A stretch of DNA of 64,000 bases. It comes from Macrostomum lignano (taxonomy: Eukaryota). The DNA is taken from positions 248,001-312,000 of the forward strand of contig NIVC01000121.1 in the NCBI GenBank assembly GCA_002269645.1, read 5' to 3'. The notes beneath the pieces are model-generated. The model searched no databases and was not told the DNA's origin. It saw nothing but the letters and a program-made list of their open reading frames with translations. A program made the position numbers and the translations under genes. This document shows, piece by piece, positions 11,007 through 64,000 of this stretch (within the stretch, counting starts at the first letter, position 1; each line of letters starts with the position of its first letter).

Positions 11007-11573
11007 TCGCTGCTCGACAAGGATGATGTGAGTCAAATAATAGTTCATCTGGAAAACCCAGCTGTCGCGACTGGCTTTGTAAACTATTTTAAGGATCACG
11101 AATTGCCCGGAGGCGACTTGGCGTCTGATAAAGTTGCGTTTCTGACTTTTGATTGGTTGGTTGGCTTTAGGGACTTTCTTCCGCATTGCCTGAGACAGAA
11201 TCTTTTTGGCCAGGGCGTGACAAAACGCGATTCTGTGCGACTGCGCCGCGATTTAAATTCCGTTGGATGCATCCAACTGACTAGCAAGCACCTAGAACCC
11301 GTTGTTTCAAACATGTACAGCAAGACCTACGCCTTGCCAATAAAGGACGAGTTCAAGCAGTTTCTGACCGATAAGATTGTCAATAGTTCGCCCAGAGCTT
11401 GCAAAACATTATCTGCAGACGATAAAATAATCGAATTTGAAGTTGCTTGGGAAAAATGGGATAGCTCAGACTTTAAACAGCAGCTTCGGCTAGCTGCTGA
11501 AGAATTCGGTAGACTCGAAGATGAAATTCGTACGTCAAAGCAGTTAGATCATTTGGTAGGACGCTTGTCATAG
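11007..11573 (+). CDS. Unassigned coding-like exon (orphan gene or pseudogene), possibly part of a compact gene at 10888-12422
   Basis: Acceptor CTGTTTCAG|11007 in phase 0, then 188 stop-free, non-repetitive codons with globular-like composition (SLLDKDDVSQIIVHLENP..WEKWDSSDFKQQL). No family recognised. Confidence 0.45.
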   Translation, partial: SLLDKDDVSQIIVHLENPAVATGFVNYFKDHELPGGDLASDKVAFLTFDWLVGFRDFLPHCLRQNLFGQGVTKRDSVRLRRDLNSVGCIQLTSKHLEPVVSNMYSKTYALPIKDEFKQFLTDKIVNSSPRACKTLSADDKIIEFEVAWEKWDSSDFKQQLRLAAEEFGRLEDEIRTSKQLDHLVGRLS

Positions 11574-11662
11574 CGCTTAAAGCCAGTCAGCAGTACGGGC
11601 TTATTGCTCCGCTTAATAGCTCAAGAGTTCGGACCTGCTTCGACTTTGTTTCGCTATTGTCT

Positions 11663-12021
11663 TTTTTTATTAGAGGCAGGGGGGTTGTGTGCACTTTAAG
11701 CGACATAGACACACAACCGGCGAGAGGCATTACATTACTGCCCATTCCGCCGACTCCCCTGAGCAGGCATACAAGCGCGCGGATACGTACGCAGGCACAC
11801 ACTCACACAGGAGTGTACAGCAGCCCTAACTTTATATTATCGTTAGGCATGTACACTTCACTGCGCCTTGGGGGGTTGGCTCTCAAGGCCGTTAATTGCA
11901 CGAGCAGAGCCAAGCCGAGATTCCAATTCAGCCCCAAATTAATGTGACTGCACTTGGAATCGAGCCTGGGTCGCTGGCACACGAGAGCAGCTGCGCTACC
12001 GCTGGGCTACGGCCACCCCTC
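11663..12021 (-). mobile_element. tRNA-derived SINE (family A), full length with TSD
   Basis: Highly similar to 3269-3626. 13-bp TSD TTCGCTATTGTCT at 11650-11662 and 12022-12034. Confidence 0.9.
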
Positions 12022-13844
12022 TTCGCTATTGTCTACTCAAGTTACTGTCGTTGCAAGCGACAGAACGAACCGCGTCATCCTACTACCTCTGATGTTCCTG
12101 TCACCTCCGTACTATCACGCCTCTTTGCCAGATTACTGGGATTTTGCCGCTGTAGTACAGGAAATTGCAAGGCAGCTTGGTGATTTTTTAACGGGAATTT
12201 CTGTCAAAATCTGTCAGTGGATGAAAGTTTTCAACTAATAACCAGTGGGCGAATGTACACGGAGGCTGACCTAATTAGTACACGGGTTGAAGTAAGCAAA
12301 GGTTCTAAACATTCTAAGCAAAGAATCAGCTGCGGCAGTTCCATATTTGGATAGATTTAATGTCGATTCCAAAATGGCGTTCTTCATACGGACTGCTCAA
12401 CAATAGTGCTCAAAGTCTTTAGACACCTATTCGAAGGCTAGAAGAGTAATACTCGTCCATTCGATGATGCATCAAAGTGGTGAATTTTCCAAGACATTCA
12501 ATTGTAGGATTTAATGATTATATGAAAGAACGTGACTAGATCTAAATATTTTTTGCACCTGAGATAATGCCAAAAATTATAAACGGAATTTGAATTGCTG
12601 TTTCAGTGGCCAAAGTGGCGACTTACAAAAAGTGAAATAAATTTCTTCGAGCACTTTAAAATCAAATTAAATTTGCGATTAATATCGCTAAATTTAATAA
12701 AAATCAATCAAGACATTATCGATTACTTATCAGTGTTTGACTCTATTGATTAACACCCTTAAAATAGCGACTTGTTACAGAATTTAGCTCGTATAAGAAA
12801 AAGAATGTATTATGTTAGTTAATAACCCCTTGAAAAACAAAACAAAAACAGATGTACGCACTGATAATCTTAGTAAATAGTAATTTGTGAAACTTCAAAG
12901 CAGAAGCGACGCGGTTATAACATTTTTCTTCAAGTACATTGCATTCTGCATTCGACTTTTTTATGACCATAGCAATTAGAACCTGGATTGCCGCGCGCAG
13001 GGCGAGAGCCGAGCCAACCGAGGTCAAAGTAAAACGAGAATAAAGTCCGAGCCAGTGAATCTTGGTTGGCTCCCTCCAGCGCAGGAAAATTGGATTGGAC
13101 AGTTGCCGCAGCGACGAGGAAATACAAAAGCACCGGCACCGACCTTCAATTCCGTTGCTGACCTCCGACAGGCAAAATGGGAATTTATGACGAATGAATG
13201 CCCAAGCCAGGTCCTAAGGGAGCCTACGGGAGCTAATTAGGCCAATATGTGGTGGAACAACGCGTTGGAAGATACGACATGGAGTTCTAAATCTAGAGAG
13301 TGTTTCACCAGAGACGAAAGTAATTCGCAGGAACGAAGAGTCACTCCAAATGTAAGTTCGACTTGCGCTCCATGAAAGCAAGTGTCCACTGGTTGCGCTG
13401 GGTTGAATTTTTTTAGAATCCGTGACGGCGAATATTTGTATCCAGTTTCATTTCAACATTTCTTCCTTTCTTCCCTCCCCCTCTGACCCTTTCATGCCTT
13501 CCTCTCAGTTTCTATTGGACCGTTCGTTCGACTAACTTCGCTTCTATACCTGTGAAAACAAAACCGTAAAAAGCAGAGCGAACAAGTGGAAAAATATCCT
13601 TTCGGCTTAGAATTCACCTGCGCGTCTTCTCTTCTCTCGAGATCTTCTCTCGATTTCGCACCCCCAGGGTGGGGCAAAAATCCTGTCTTCGAGTTTTTTT
13701 GTTTGAAGTCTCCGTTTCGACCAGGGGATTGCAACTTACTCACTGGATATTCGCGACGACAATTACGAGCTATACGATTTTTTCGAGTTTACTTCGAGGG
13801 TAAGAAAACTTTGATGGTTATTCAGGGGAGTCAGGAGAGCCACA

Positions 13845-14035
13845 ATAAGGGTGTCAGAGAGAGCAACAGTGAGGTTGTCAGAGAGAGCCACAGTGAGGGT
13901 GTCAGAGAGAGCCACAGTGTCACAGAGAGCCACAGTGTCAAAGAGAGCCACAGTGTCAAAGAGAGCCACAGTGTCAAAGAGAGCCACAGTGTCAAAGACA
14001 GCCACAGTGTCAGAGAGAGCCACTGAGAGCCACAT
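13845..14035. repeat. Minisatellite, 18-bp unit GAGAGCCACAGTGTCAAA
   Basis: Direct tandem copies; source of the ESHSVK / ATVSKR pseudo-ORFs. Confidence 0.9.
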
Positions 14036-15041
14036 TGTAGGTGTCAGGAGAGTGTGGGCGTTAGGGAAGCCAAATTGAAGTGCCACTATAAAATCCCACT
14101 AATCTCTTGTGCAGGTAGACAGCAAACTGATTCACCACTACCTAGCTATACGTGTATACAACCCACGCGTTTGATGGGGATTTCAGACCAACAAGTACTA
14201 ATCAGTTCCGTATACCCCGCTCCCTCCTCAGTGTCCGAATACATACTTATATAGAAAACAATTTTCTCCCTAATATAGCGTTCCCTGGCGATCACTCGCA
14301 CACAATCTTAGTGCGCACTTGTACGCCTTCGGGTGGCGGACCATGCAGTCTGCACTCTGTGCTAACTAGCTCGTGCATGTAGCCCTCGTAGATGGATAGA
14401 ACCCTGGTTGTTGATGTTGTTTTTGGCGCTGGAGTGCGACAGCTAGAGAGTGGCTATAGATCCCAATGAGGAAATGCACCTGTTTAACTCCGATTTTGAG
14501 CAAACTCTACTTTTATTCAAACAAGTGGACACATCAATTCAGACACTGATGCAGACGTGAGGATTTTGTCTTAAAAGTAGGAGTACGGAGCCATTTTTCC
14601 GCCCGTCGAGATACCAAGAGGGGGGACAATTTGTCTTGCTGCGCCGGAACGGAGCAACGCAGGCACACGAAATTCCAGAACACGGACAGACTTTTTGTTG
14701 CGCACCTTCTCAAGCAAGAATCAAGTCGCCCACCCATTCGGACCGTCGAGATATTCGACGATTCTGCCAGAAGGTAGGATTTTTCCCATAAGCGCCAGTG
14801 TATTCAGCACACCCTTGTGAGCTAATCAGCACTGCGCCTCAGTGCAGACTTGACAAGCCTCCAAATTTCATCGACACGTCGACCACATGTGTCTGCATCA
14901 GCTCTGACTTCGTTGGTCACTGGACCTTCAACAGGTGGCACCATGTGGCTATGAACACATTGATGCAAATTTCTCAAGTTTCGCTGATCAAGCCTCGACA
15001 GCGAACAAACCTCAACTGCTGGACATCCTCAGCTAGTCTAT

Positions 15042-15234
15042 GGGCCGTATGCAGAAAGCTTAGTCCAGACTAGCTAGTCCGGACTTGGGTAGTTCAGTCT
15101 ATAGTCTATGGTCTAGCTAGCCTAGTTGTGCTATAGTAGACTGGTCTAACTTTGTGTTTCTGCATACCAAATCCAAGTCTAGACTAGCTTTTCAAGACCG
15201 GACTACCCTAGACAGAGCTTTCTGCATACGGCCC
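15042..15234. mobile_element. PIF/Harbinger-like MITE
   Basis: 19-bp TIR GGGCCGTATGCAGAAAGCT / AGCTTTCTGCATACGGCCC with 3-bp TSD TAT (15039-41, 15235-37). Confidence 0.85.
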
Positions 15235-15329
15235 TATCTCTCAAGAATTCCGTCAAGCTTTTTTATATTTTCACCACCTTTAGCCTCCTCGCCTTCCTCT
15301 TCAAGCATTTCGTCTTACACTTCTTCCTC

Positions 15330-15815
15330 TGTTGTCTTCCCTCCCTCCCATCAGCCATATGTTTGATTTGAAAGGGTCAGTCTCGTTCGGACTTCTTTTG
15401 TGTATCAAAGGTCCAGCACAGGTCCTTTTAGCACAGGATTATACTTTCTATGAATAGTTCAATTGGTTAGGAACATGCAGGTTTGTCCATAGACACTTTG
15501 GCTCTGACTGAATTGAGAAGGTTCTGTTTAATATAATCTGTCTCGGGCTGCCTATAAGCTGCACCATCTCCTTTGCAAACCCGCGATCCCCTCAGATTAA
15601 TTTTCAAGGACCACTCCAAGGACCACTAACTGCTGTATAACAGGACGGCTCAAAGATCGTGTAATCTTTTGGAGGCCTCCACCCTGATTGTCATACCTAC
15701 ACCCCATTTCTATGTTCGCGGCCTCGTTGGAAAGGAAATCGCTCGCTGGACCCTTGAGAAAAGACAGAACTCAGTTCTTTTGTTGAGTTGATGTCGATAC
15801 GCAGCTCCTTGGACC
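15330..15815 (-). mobile_element. Degenerate LINE RT C-terminal fragment
   Basis: Manual minus-strand translation gives KEWSKELRIDINSTKRTEFCLFSR (cf. W-x5-l-x-iN-x2-K-x-E-x3-F) and later VLGVVLEN (cf. YLGV-x-LD). Frames are broken by stops. Confidence 0.4.
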
Positions 15816-15980
15816 ATTCCTTCTTTCTTTACTATTAAAAATTTACTTTGTTCGAACGTTTCTACCATTCTGGTCGGAACTGTTGACTTAAAAAATAATT
15901 CCTCACTTCAAAGCTGCGTTAGCATTTAACTACTTACAGTAGTCTAAACGTAGTTTCAAAACGCTGTATAACTTTAGATC

Positions 15981-16119
<139 letters not shown>

Positions 16120-16794
16120 CAGCAAGGAAAAGGCCCCGTCAGAGACAAAGTTAACCATAAACCAGTTTTCAGCGTTGAAATTCATGCGTAGAAGCAATAA
16201 AACTCTAAGGGCCGAAAGCCCATGATGAACTGTGGGGTCGAGTTTGCCCTCAGCTTCAGATTTCAAGGCAAGACAAGCTCTCTCGGAGCGTGAACCCCGA
16301 AATCAGAAACTGCGCTGTACAGCTGACGCGGCGTGAGCATGGACTGCTGACAATAGCGATCTGGATTGGAAATTAAATGCTGATCGAAAGAATTTAGCCT
16401 GCCTGTTTTAGAATTCTTCGATGTGGAAAATAATTCAGAACTCCAGATTCTTCATCCGGAAATCCATGCTTTGTCTTTCATTTGAGCCCTGTCTCAAATC
16501 CAGCGCATAGTAATAAAATTGCAAACTGACTTTGCTATCATGGATAACTTATGAGCAATAATCTGAGTTCAGAGCGCAGAAAGATATGATAGAATAGATA
16601 AGGTTCCAGATGTAAAAAAAATTTTATAGATAAGGAGGTATCGTCTTGTACAGGGTTGATAGGCTAAGATAATAGAACTGCTGTCTATAAAGCGCTTTAG
16701 GGGGCAGCCAATTTAAAAAAACAGTCTGAGTTAAGTCTCAGGGCGACGTGAGGGAAGTGAAAATCTCAGGTAGGAATTTAATCTCAGGACGACT

Positions 16795-17110
16795 TTGTGT
16801 ACAAGTCTAAGAGAGGGCACACTGACAAGTCTCAGAGAGGGCACACTGACAAATCTCAGGGAGAACACACTGACAAATCTCAGGGAGGGCACACTGACAA
16901 GTCTCAGAGAGGGCACACTGACAATTCTCAGGGAGGGCACACTGACAAATCTCAGGGAGGGCACACTGACAAATCTCAGGGAGGGCACACTGACAAATCT
17001 CAGGGAGGGCACACTGACAAATCTCAGAGAGGGCACACTGACAATTCTCAGGGAGGGCACACTGACAAATCTCAGGGAGAACACACTGACAATTCTCAGG
17101 GAAGGCACAT
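16795..17110. repeat. Minisatellite, 24-bp unit CACTGACAAATCTCAGGGAGGGCA
   Basis: About 13 tandem copies. Confidence 0.93.
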
Positions 17111-17649
17111 CTCTAGCTAAGAGCTTAAACTAACAAAGCATTTAGGATTCGCACATACGCCTTGAACTGGCCATAATCCATATTTTGAGTCTGAGAACAG
17201 GGGCCTAAAACTAACTACTCAACCGCTTAGATTCGTTCGCTTTCAAAATAATTAATCCCAATTTTGCATATTAGAATTTTATTGCGAGTGCAGGCTCGAA
17301 TTTACGATGCTATCTTTCTGTTTCGAAGCTGCCTTCCTCTTCTCTAAGCCGAAGGGTTTGTTGGAGCCGGAAACGAATCAAGTGTTAATTCGTCTTGAGG
17401 GAACTGCCTTGCCGCCCCCCTCCCCAACTGCACGAAAGCATTAATCCTGTGTCAGCCAAAGTTTTATTGCTTTTGCCGCCAACCCGTCACCCTCAGCAAT
17501 GTGCCCGGCTGACTCAGTGCTGCACCATGAAGTTTAACACGAGACTAATTGATAAAGGACCTCAGCTTTTATTATGCTCGTAATAAAACTTTCTTTAGAT
17601 GCTTTGGGTCGCAGATAAGAGTCATAGGGTCATACACAGTATGACACAG

Positions 17650-19035
17650 TCAGACTGGTGTCACTGTGTCAGACTGGTGTCACTGTGTCAGATTGGTGTC
17701 ACTGTGTCAGAGTGGTGTCACTGTGTCAGACTGGTGTCACTGTGTCAGATTGGTGTCACTGTGTCAGAGTGGTGTCACTGTGTCAGACTGTATGGTGTCA
17801 CTGTGTCAGACTGGTGTCACTGTGTCAGATTGGTGTCACTGTGTCAGAGTGGTGTCACTGTGTCAGACTGTATGGTGTCACTGTGTCAGTCTGGTGTCAC
17901 TGTGTCAGTCTGGTGTCACTGTGTCAGACTGGTGTCACTGTGTCAGACTGGTGTCACTGTGTCAGACTGGTGTCACTGTGTCAGATTGGTGTCACTGTGT
18001 CAGTCTGGTGTCACTGTGTCAGTCTGGTGTCACTGTGTCAGATTGGTGTCACTGTGTCAGTCTGGTGTCACTGTGTCAGTCTGGTGTCACTGTGTCAGAT
18101 TGGTGTCACTGTGTCAGTCTGGTGTCACTGTGTCAGTCTGGTGTCACTGTGTCAGATTGGTGTCACTGTGTCAGTCTGGTGTCACTGTGTCAGTCTGGTG
18201 TCACTGTGTCAGACTGGTGTCACTGTGTCAGACTGGTGTCACTGTGTCAGACTGTATGGTGTCACTGTGTCATAGTGGTGTCACTGTGTCAGTCTGGTGT
18301 CACTGTGTCAGTCTGGTGTCACTGTGTCAGACTGGTGTCACTGTGTCAGTCTGGTGTCACTGTGTCAGTCTGGTGTCACTGTGTCAGTCTGGTGTCACTG
18401 TGTCAGACTGGTGTCACTGTGTCAGTCTGGTGTCACTGTGTCAGACTGGTGTCACTGTGTCATAGTGGTGTCACTGTGTCAGTCTGGTGTCACTGTGTCA
18501 GATTGGTGTCACTGTGTCAGACTGGTGTCACTGTGTCAGTCTGGTGTCACTGTGTCAGTCTGGTGTCACTGTGTCAGACTGGTGTCACTGTGTCAGTCTG
18601 GTGTCACTGTGTCAGTCTGGTGTCACTGTGTCAGTCTGGTGTCACTGTGTCAGACTGGTGTCACTGTGTCAGTCTGGTGTCACTGTGTCAGTCTGGTGTC
18701 ACTGTGTCATAGTGGTGTCACTGTGTCAGATTGGTGTCACTGTGTCAGACTGGTGTCACTGTGTCAGACTGGTATCACTGTGTCAGACTGGTGTCACTGT
18801 GTCAGACTGGTATCACTGTGTCAGACTTGTATCACTGTGTCAGACTGGTGTCACTGTGTCAGACTGGTATCACTGTGTCAGACACTATAGTGTTAGTGTG
18901 TCAGACACTGTCGCAAATGTGTCAGGCGCTGAAATCAATGTGTCAGACGCTAGTGTCAATTTGTCAGACACTGGTATCAATGTGTCAGACACTATAGTGT
19001 CGGTGTGTCAGACACTGTCGCAAATGTGTCAGACG
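17650..19035. repeat. Minisatellite, 19-bp unit CTGGTGTCACTGTGTCAGA, degenerating after about 18890
   Basis: More than 60 tandem copies; source of all overlapping WCHCV ORFs. Confidence 0.95.
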
Positions 19036-19689
19036 CTTTCTGCGTGGTTCCAGCTCATAAAGCATTGTACACTGCGCCACGAATTCACTAACCATTTTCA
19101 ACCGTCGCAAAAGCCACTTAATTGTTCAGAACACGTGATCAGACAAGCCACTCTAAAATGGCCTGAATTTACGCAAAGTTGGTACCCCCCTCCCTATTAA
19201 TGTCTGAGCAAATGGTTCGCGCCGTCTGGAAAGCCAGGCCTCTCTTTTACTTAATTTACGACATCGCTAGGGATTTATCCCGGAGAAATTCCCGGGGAAT
19301 TTAGACCTGTTTAGATGAGACATCCCATTGCCAAATTAAGTTTATATATGCTTGCCAGTGACTCACTCACTTCTCCGTAAAGTTCAGCTCTTAGCCAACG
19401 TTTTAGAAACAAAGAGAAATGTGACTGAAGAGACTGGTGTTGGTGTGGGCATTGAAGCTTGGCCATCAATCCATCCGTCACTCTCTCACTCAGCCGGGAT
19501 TAATTTTGACAGACAATGAGCGGCAAGCCATCTTGATTGGTTTGGTTGGCTGGCTTACCTTAATAAATTTCACCTACCGATAGTTAAAATTAAAATGGAT
19601 GACCAAACTGAATGGCAATCTTGTTTTTTCGTTCTCTGTTTAGTGAGATTTGATCCACCCCCTCTGAGATTACGCTCACTTCAGATTGG

Positions 19690-19975
19690 CTCAATCTGCG
19701 ATTTGACTCTCAGATTCCTTTGAGATTGAGATTTGACTCCCTTGAGGTTTGACTCCCATGAGATTTGACTCCCATGAGATTTGACTCCCCTGAGATTTGA
19801 CCCCCTTAGCTTTGACCCCCTGAGATTTAACACTCTGAGCCTGAGGCCTTAACATTGGACTCCCCTGAGGCAGTGAGATTTGACTCCCCTGAGGCACTGA
19901 GATTTGATTGACTTCCCCTGAGATTTGATTCCCCTGAGATTTGATTCCATTGAGGTTTGACTTCTGTGATTTGAC
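19690..19975. repeat. Degenerate minisatellite, about 16-bp unit TGAGATTTGACTCCCC
   Basis: Repeated GAGATTTGA(C/T)TCCCC motif. Confidence 0.8.
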
Positions 19976-20601
19976 TTTGCAATAGTATGGGCTGGCTTCA
20001 AGTTTGAAGCAACCCCTGGCTTTCTATTATCATGTATTTATAAATAGTTAGTGCACTTGGCTGACTGTACTAATTAATTTTCTAGGTTATTTACGATGTA
20101 GGCGCTTAATTAATATACTAACACTAAACTGTATTAATCTGTTTATCAACTTGCATTACTATCTTAATACTAAATATACAATAAGAGTCAGTTAGTTAGT
20201 AATGCAAGTTAGATCTTTAGAAACTCGAAGTTTTTAGTTTAAGAAAAGGCCCATGCTCAGCTCCTGACTGCCTTTCTGTCCCTCAACACCCACCCCTTCC
20301 CAGCTCTCTCATTGGCTGACTGCCCCATCGCCATGTGGGCTAAGGCCTTTGGGGGTTGGGGCTGTTCTATATGTTCGGCCTGTTATACGGCAGCTGGAGG
20401 TCCGGAGGGAGACACGGAGAAGCAGCATAAGCTCTACTAATTGAAGCAGAGGAGGACCAGCAGGTCCCCCTACTTTTGTTATTGAATTCTATTCGTATAC
20501 TTCAATTCCAACATTCCAGAGACAGGCGCTTCCATCTATCTAGACCTATAGATCTATATCCTAGACCTAGTATCTATCAATTTCGAAAATTGAATCGGAT
20601 A

Positions 20602-61963
<41,362 letters not shown>

Positions 61964-62477
61964 TACTATACCCTGTCGGAGTCCTGCTCAACCCAGTTTT
62001 TATATCAGATTAAAGTTATTTGTACGAATTTTTCAGATTGTTTCAAACGCTTCATTTGTTTCGCATGATAGCAGCCGATGACGTGGACACTGGACTTTGA
62101 TGCAATTTTCAGCAAAATTGTCAGGGTTTGCAAGTGAAGGGATCCTCTGTCTCAGCTGCCCATTTGACCTTATAATTCATATTTTAACGCGTGTTCGAAG
62201 TCTGCCCCAGTTGCTCCAAGCTGCAATGCGTTACGAAAGGCTTCAATAATGACACAGATCAATTTGATGCCTCTGTTCTGGCTTCCTACTCGCTCTGTTC
62301 AATATTTTTGCTTAATCTTCCTGCTTAACTTTGTACACAAGACGCGCTCATCATTTTTCAGTGGCTTTGCTACAGTGTCTGTCCACCAAGAAACCATTGA
62401 TAATTTGAAAAAAAATTCTAACGATGCCTTTCCTAACCTTGGCTGGTGTTTCTCTAAAGTGTGCGTGTTTTTCGGCT

Positions 62478-62483
62478 AATAAA
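62478..62483 (+). terminator. Candidate polyadenylation signal AATAAA for KIF26
   Basis: AATAAATAAA about 515 nt downstream of the stop, followed by T/G-rich sequence. Confidence 0.55.
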
Positions 62484-62644
62484 TAAATGTTATCTTAATG
62501 GGCATTGGGCGCGAGTTGTTTGTGCTGCTCATTAATTAATCGTAATTTCTCATCAAGCGATAATTAAGTTGGACTATATGGTTAATTTGTTTCTTTAAAT
62601 CCTATTCTGAAATGTCCTGTTCTTAGCAATCCGCCTAGGATTAG

Positions 62645-63425
62645 TTAGCATTCCCTCAGCTCGCACTCCCTCAGCTAGCACTCCCTCAGCTAGCACTCCC
62701 TCAGCTAGCACTCCCTCAGCTAGCACTCCCTCAGCTCGCACTCCCCCAGCTAACACTCCCTCAGCTAGCACTCCCTTAGCTAGCACTCCCTCAGCTCGCA
62801 CTCCCTCAGCTAGCACTCCCTCAGCTATCACTCCCTCAGCTATCACTCCCTCAGCTAGCACTCCCTCAGCTAGCACTCCCTCAGCTAGCACTCCCTCAGC
62901 TAGCACTCCCTCAGCTAGCACTCCCTCAGCTAGCACTCCATCAGCTCGCACTCCCCCAGCTAACACTCCCTCAGCTAGCACTCCCTTAGCTAGCACTCCC
63001 TCAGCTCGCACTCCCTCAGCTAGCACTCCCTCAGCTATCACTCCCTCAGCTATCACTCCCTCAGCTAGCACTCCCTCAGCTAGCACTCCCTCAGCTAGCA
63101 CTCCCTTAGCTATCACTCCCTCAGCTATCACTCCCTCAGCTAGCACTCCCTCAGCTAGCACTCCCTTAGCTATCACTCCCTCAGCTAGCACTCCCTCAGC
63201 TATCACTCCCTCAGCTAGCACTCCCTTAGCTATCACTCCCTCAGCTATCACTCCCTCAGCTAGCACTCCCTCAGCTAGCACTCCCTCAGCTCGCACTCCC
63301 TCAGCTAGCACTCCCTCAGCTATCACTCCCTCAGCTCGCACTCCCTCAGCTAGCACTCCCTCAGCTAGCACTCCATTAGCTATCACTCCCTCAGTAAGCA
63401 CTCCCTCAGCTAGCACTCCCTCAGA
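62645..63425. repeat. Minisatellite, 15-bp unit ACTCCCTCAGCTAGC
   Basis: About 52 tandem copies; source of the EGVLA pseudo-ORF. Confidence 0.96.
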
Positions 63426-64000
63426 GCCGTGGCCTGAGGCAACTACCTGTTCACGCACAGGTAAGCACACCGGGATAACCCATACCTTTAGAAGCTAAGG
63501 CCAGAGGCTGTAGGCCCTGGGGTCCACCTCCAACACCTGCAGAGATCGAGCAGATGACATATTTCATATTTCATATCGGCATGCTGTACCAGTACATCCT
63601 CAGCGAGACTCTCAAGCATTCGTTCATCACTCCGATACCACTGGCACCAATTCAAAACAAAAGACACAGCAGGTGGCTATGAACGTTAAAATTAAATAGT
63701 TAAAATTATGTTACATACCTTTGCTTGTTTACTAACAGTAGTACATTAGCTCCAGTTGAGCAGTAGGTATTAATTTGTGAAAGAGCCAATTATTCTTTTT
63801 ATTTGCTGGAATAAATAGAAAATGATGAATATTAAATTTATGATATTCTGCCTATTCAATGACGCTATACTGAATGCAAAACTTCCCCCATCAATCAATG
63901 ATTTTTTCTGTCATTAGACGACCTAAGCGGAGTCAATTCCACCCGTGAAATTACAGCATCTATGCAAGCGGCACTGCTTTTATACAATGAATGGAGGGGA

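Noticed and set aside
17599-19200. Overlapping Cys/His-rich ORFs (WCHCV..) suggesting a metallothionein-like or zinc protein
   Set aside because: Produced by a 19-bp tandem repeat lacking stop codons; the unit length is not a multiple of 3 and all frames give the same peptide.
62595-63470. 291-aa EGVLA repeat ORF on the minus strand
   Set aside because: 15-bp minisatellite; no flanking gene structure.

Overview
Repeat-rich animal genomic DNA with spliceosomal GT-AG genes, SINEs, MITEs, Helitrons and many mini/microsatellites. There is no prokaryotic signal and no CRISPR array. The lineage cannot be fixed from sequence alone; the style would fit an invertebrate such as a free-living flatworm (inference). 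Two + strand multi-exon genes can be built with phase-consistent splice sites. (1) A 5'-incomplete FN3 + single-TM gene (4956-9459) whose TM segment matches the FNDC4/FNDC5 (irisin precursor) signature. (2) A complete 8-exon KIF26 (kinesin-11) gene (20602-61963, 4752 nt, 1583 aa) with a 22.3-kb first intron. Between them lies an unassigned coding-like region (about 10888-12422) that can be spliced through three 38-nt intron-like segments and is interrupted by a young SINE. The introns hold a head-to-tail pair of non-autonomous Helitrons, each with a tRNA-like cassette followed by a different minisatellite. They also hold hAT elements whose CT-rich core has expanded into (CTCCT)n, and GGG-terminated MITEs with 8-bp TSDs, one with TTAGGG repeats. 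Nearly all long ORFs in the supplied track outside these genes are artefacts of tandem repeats.
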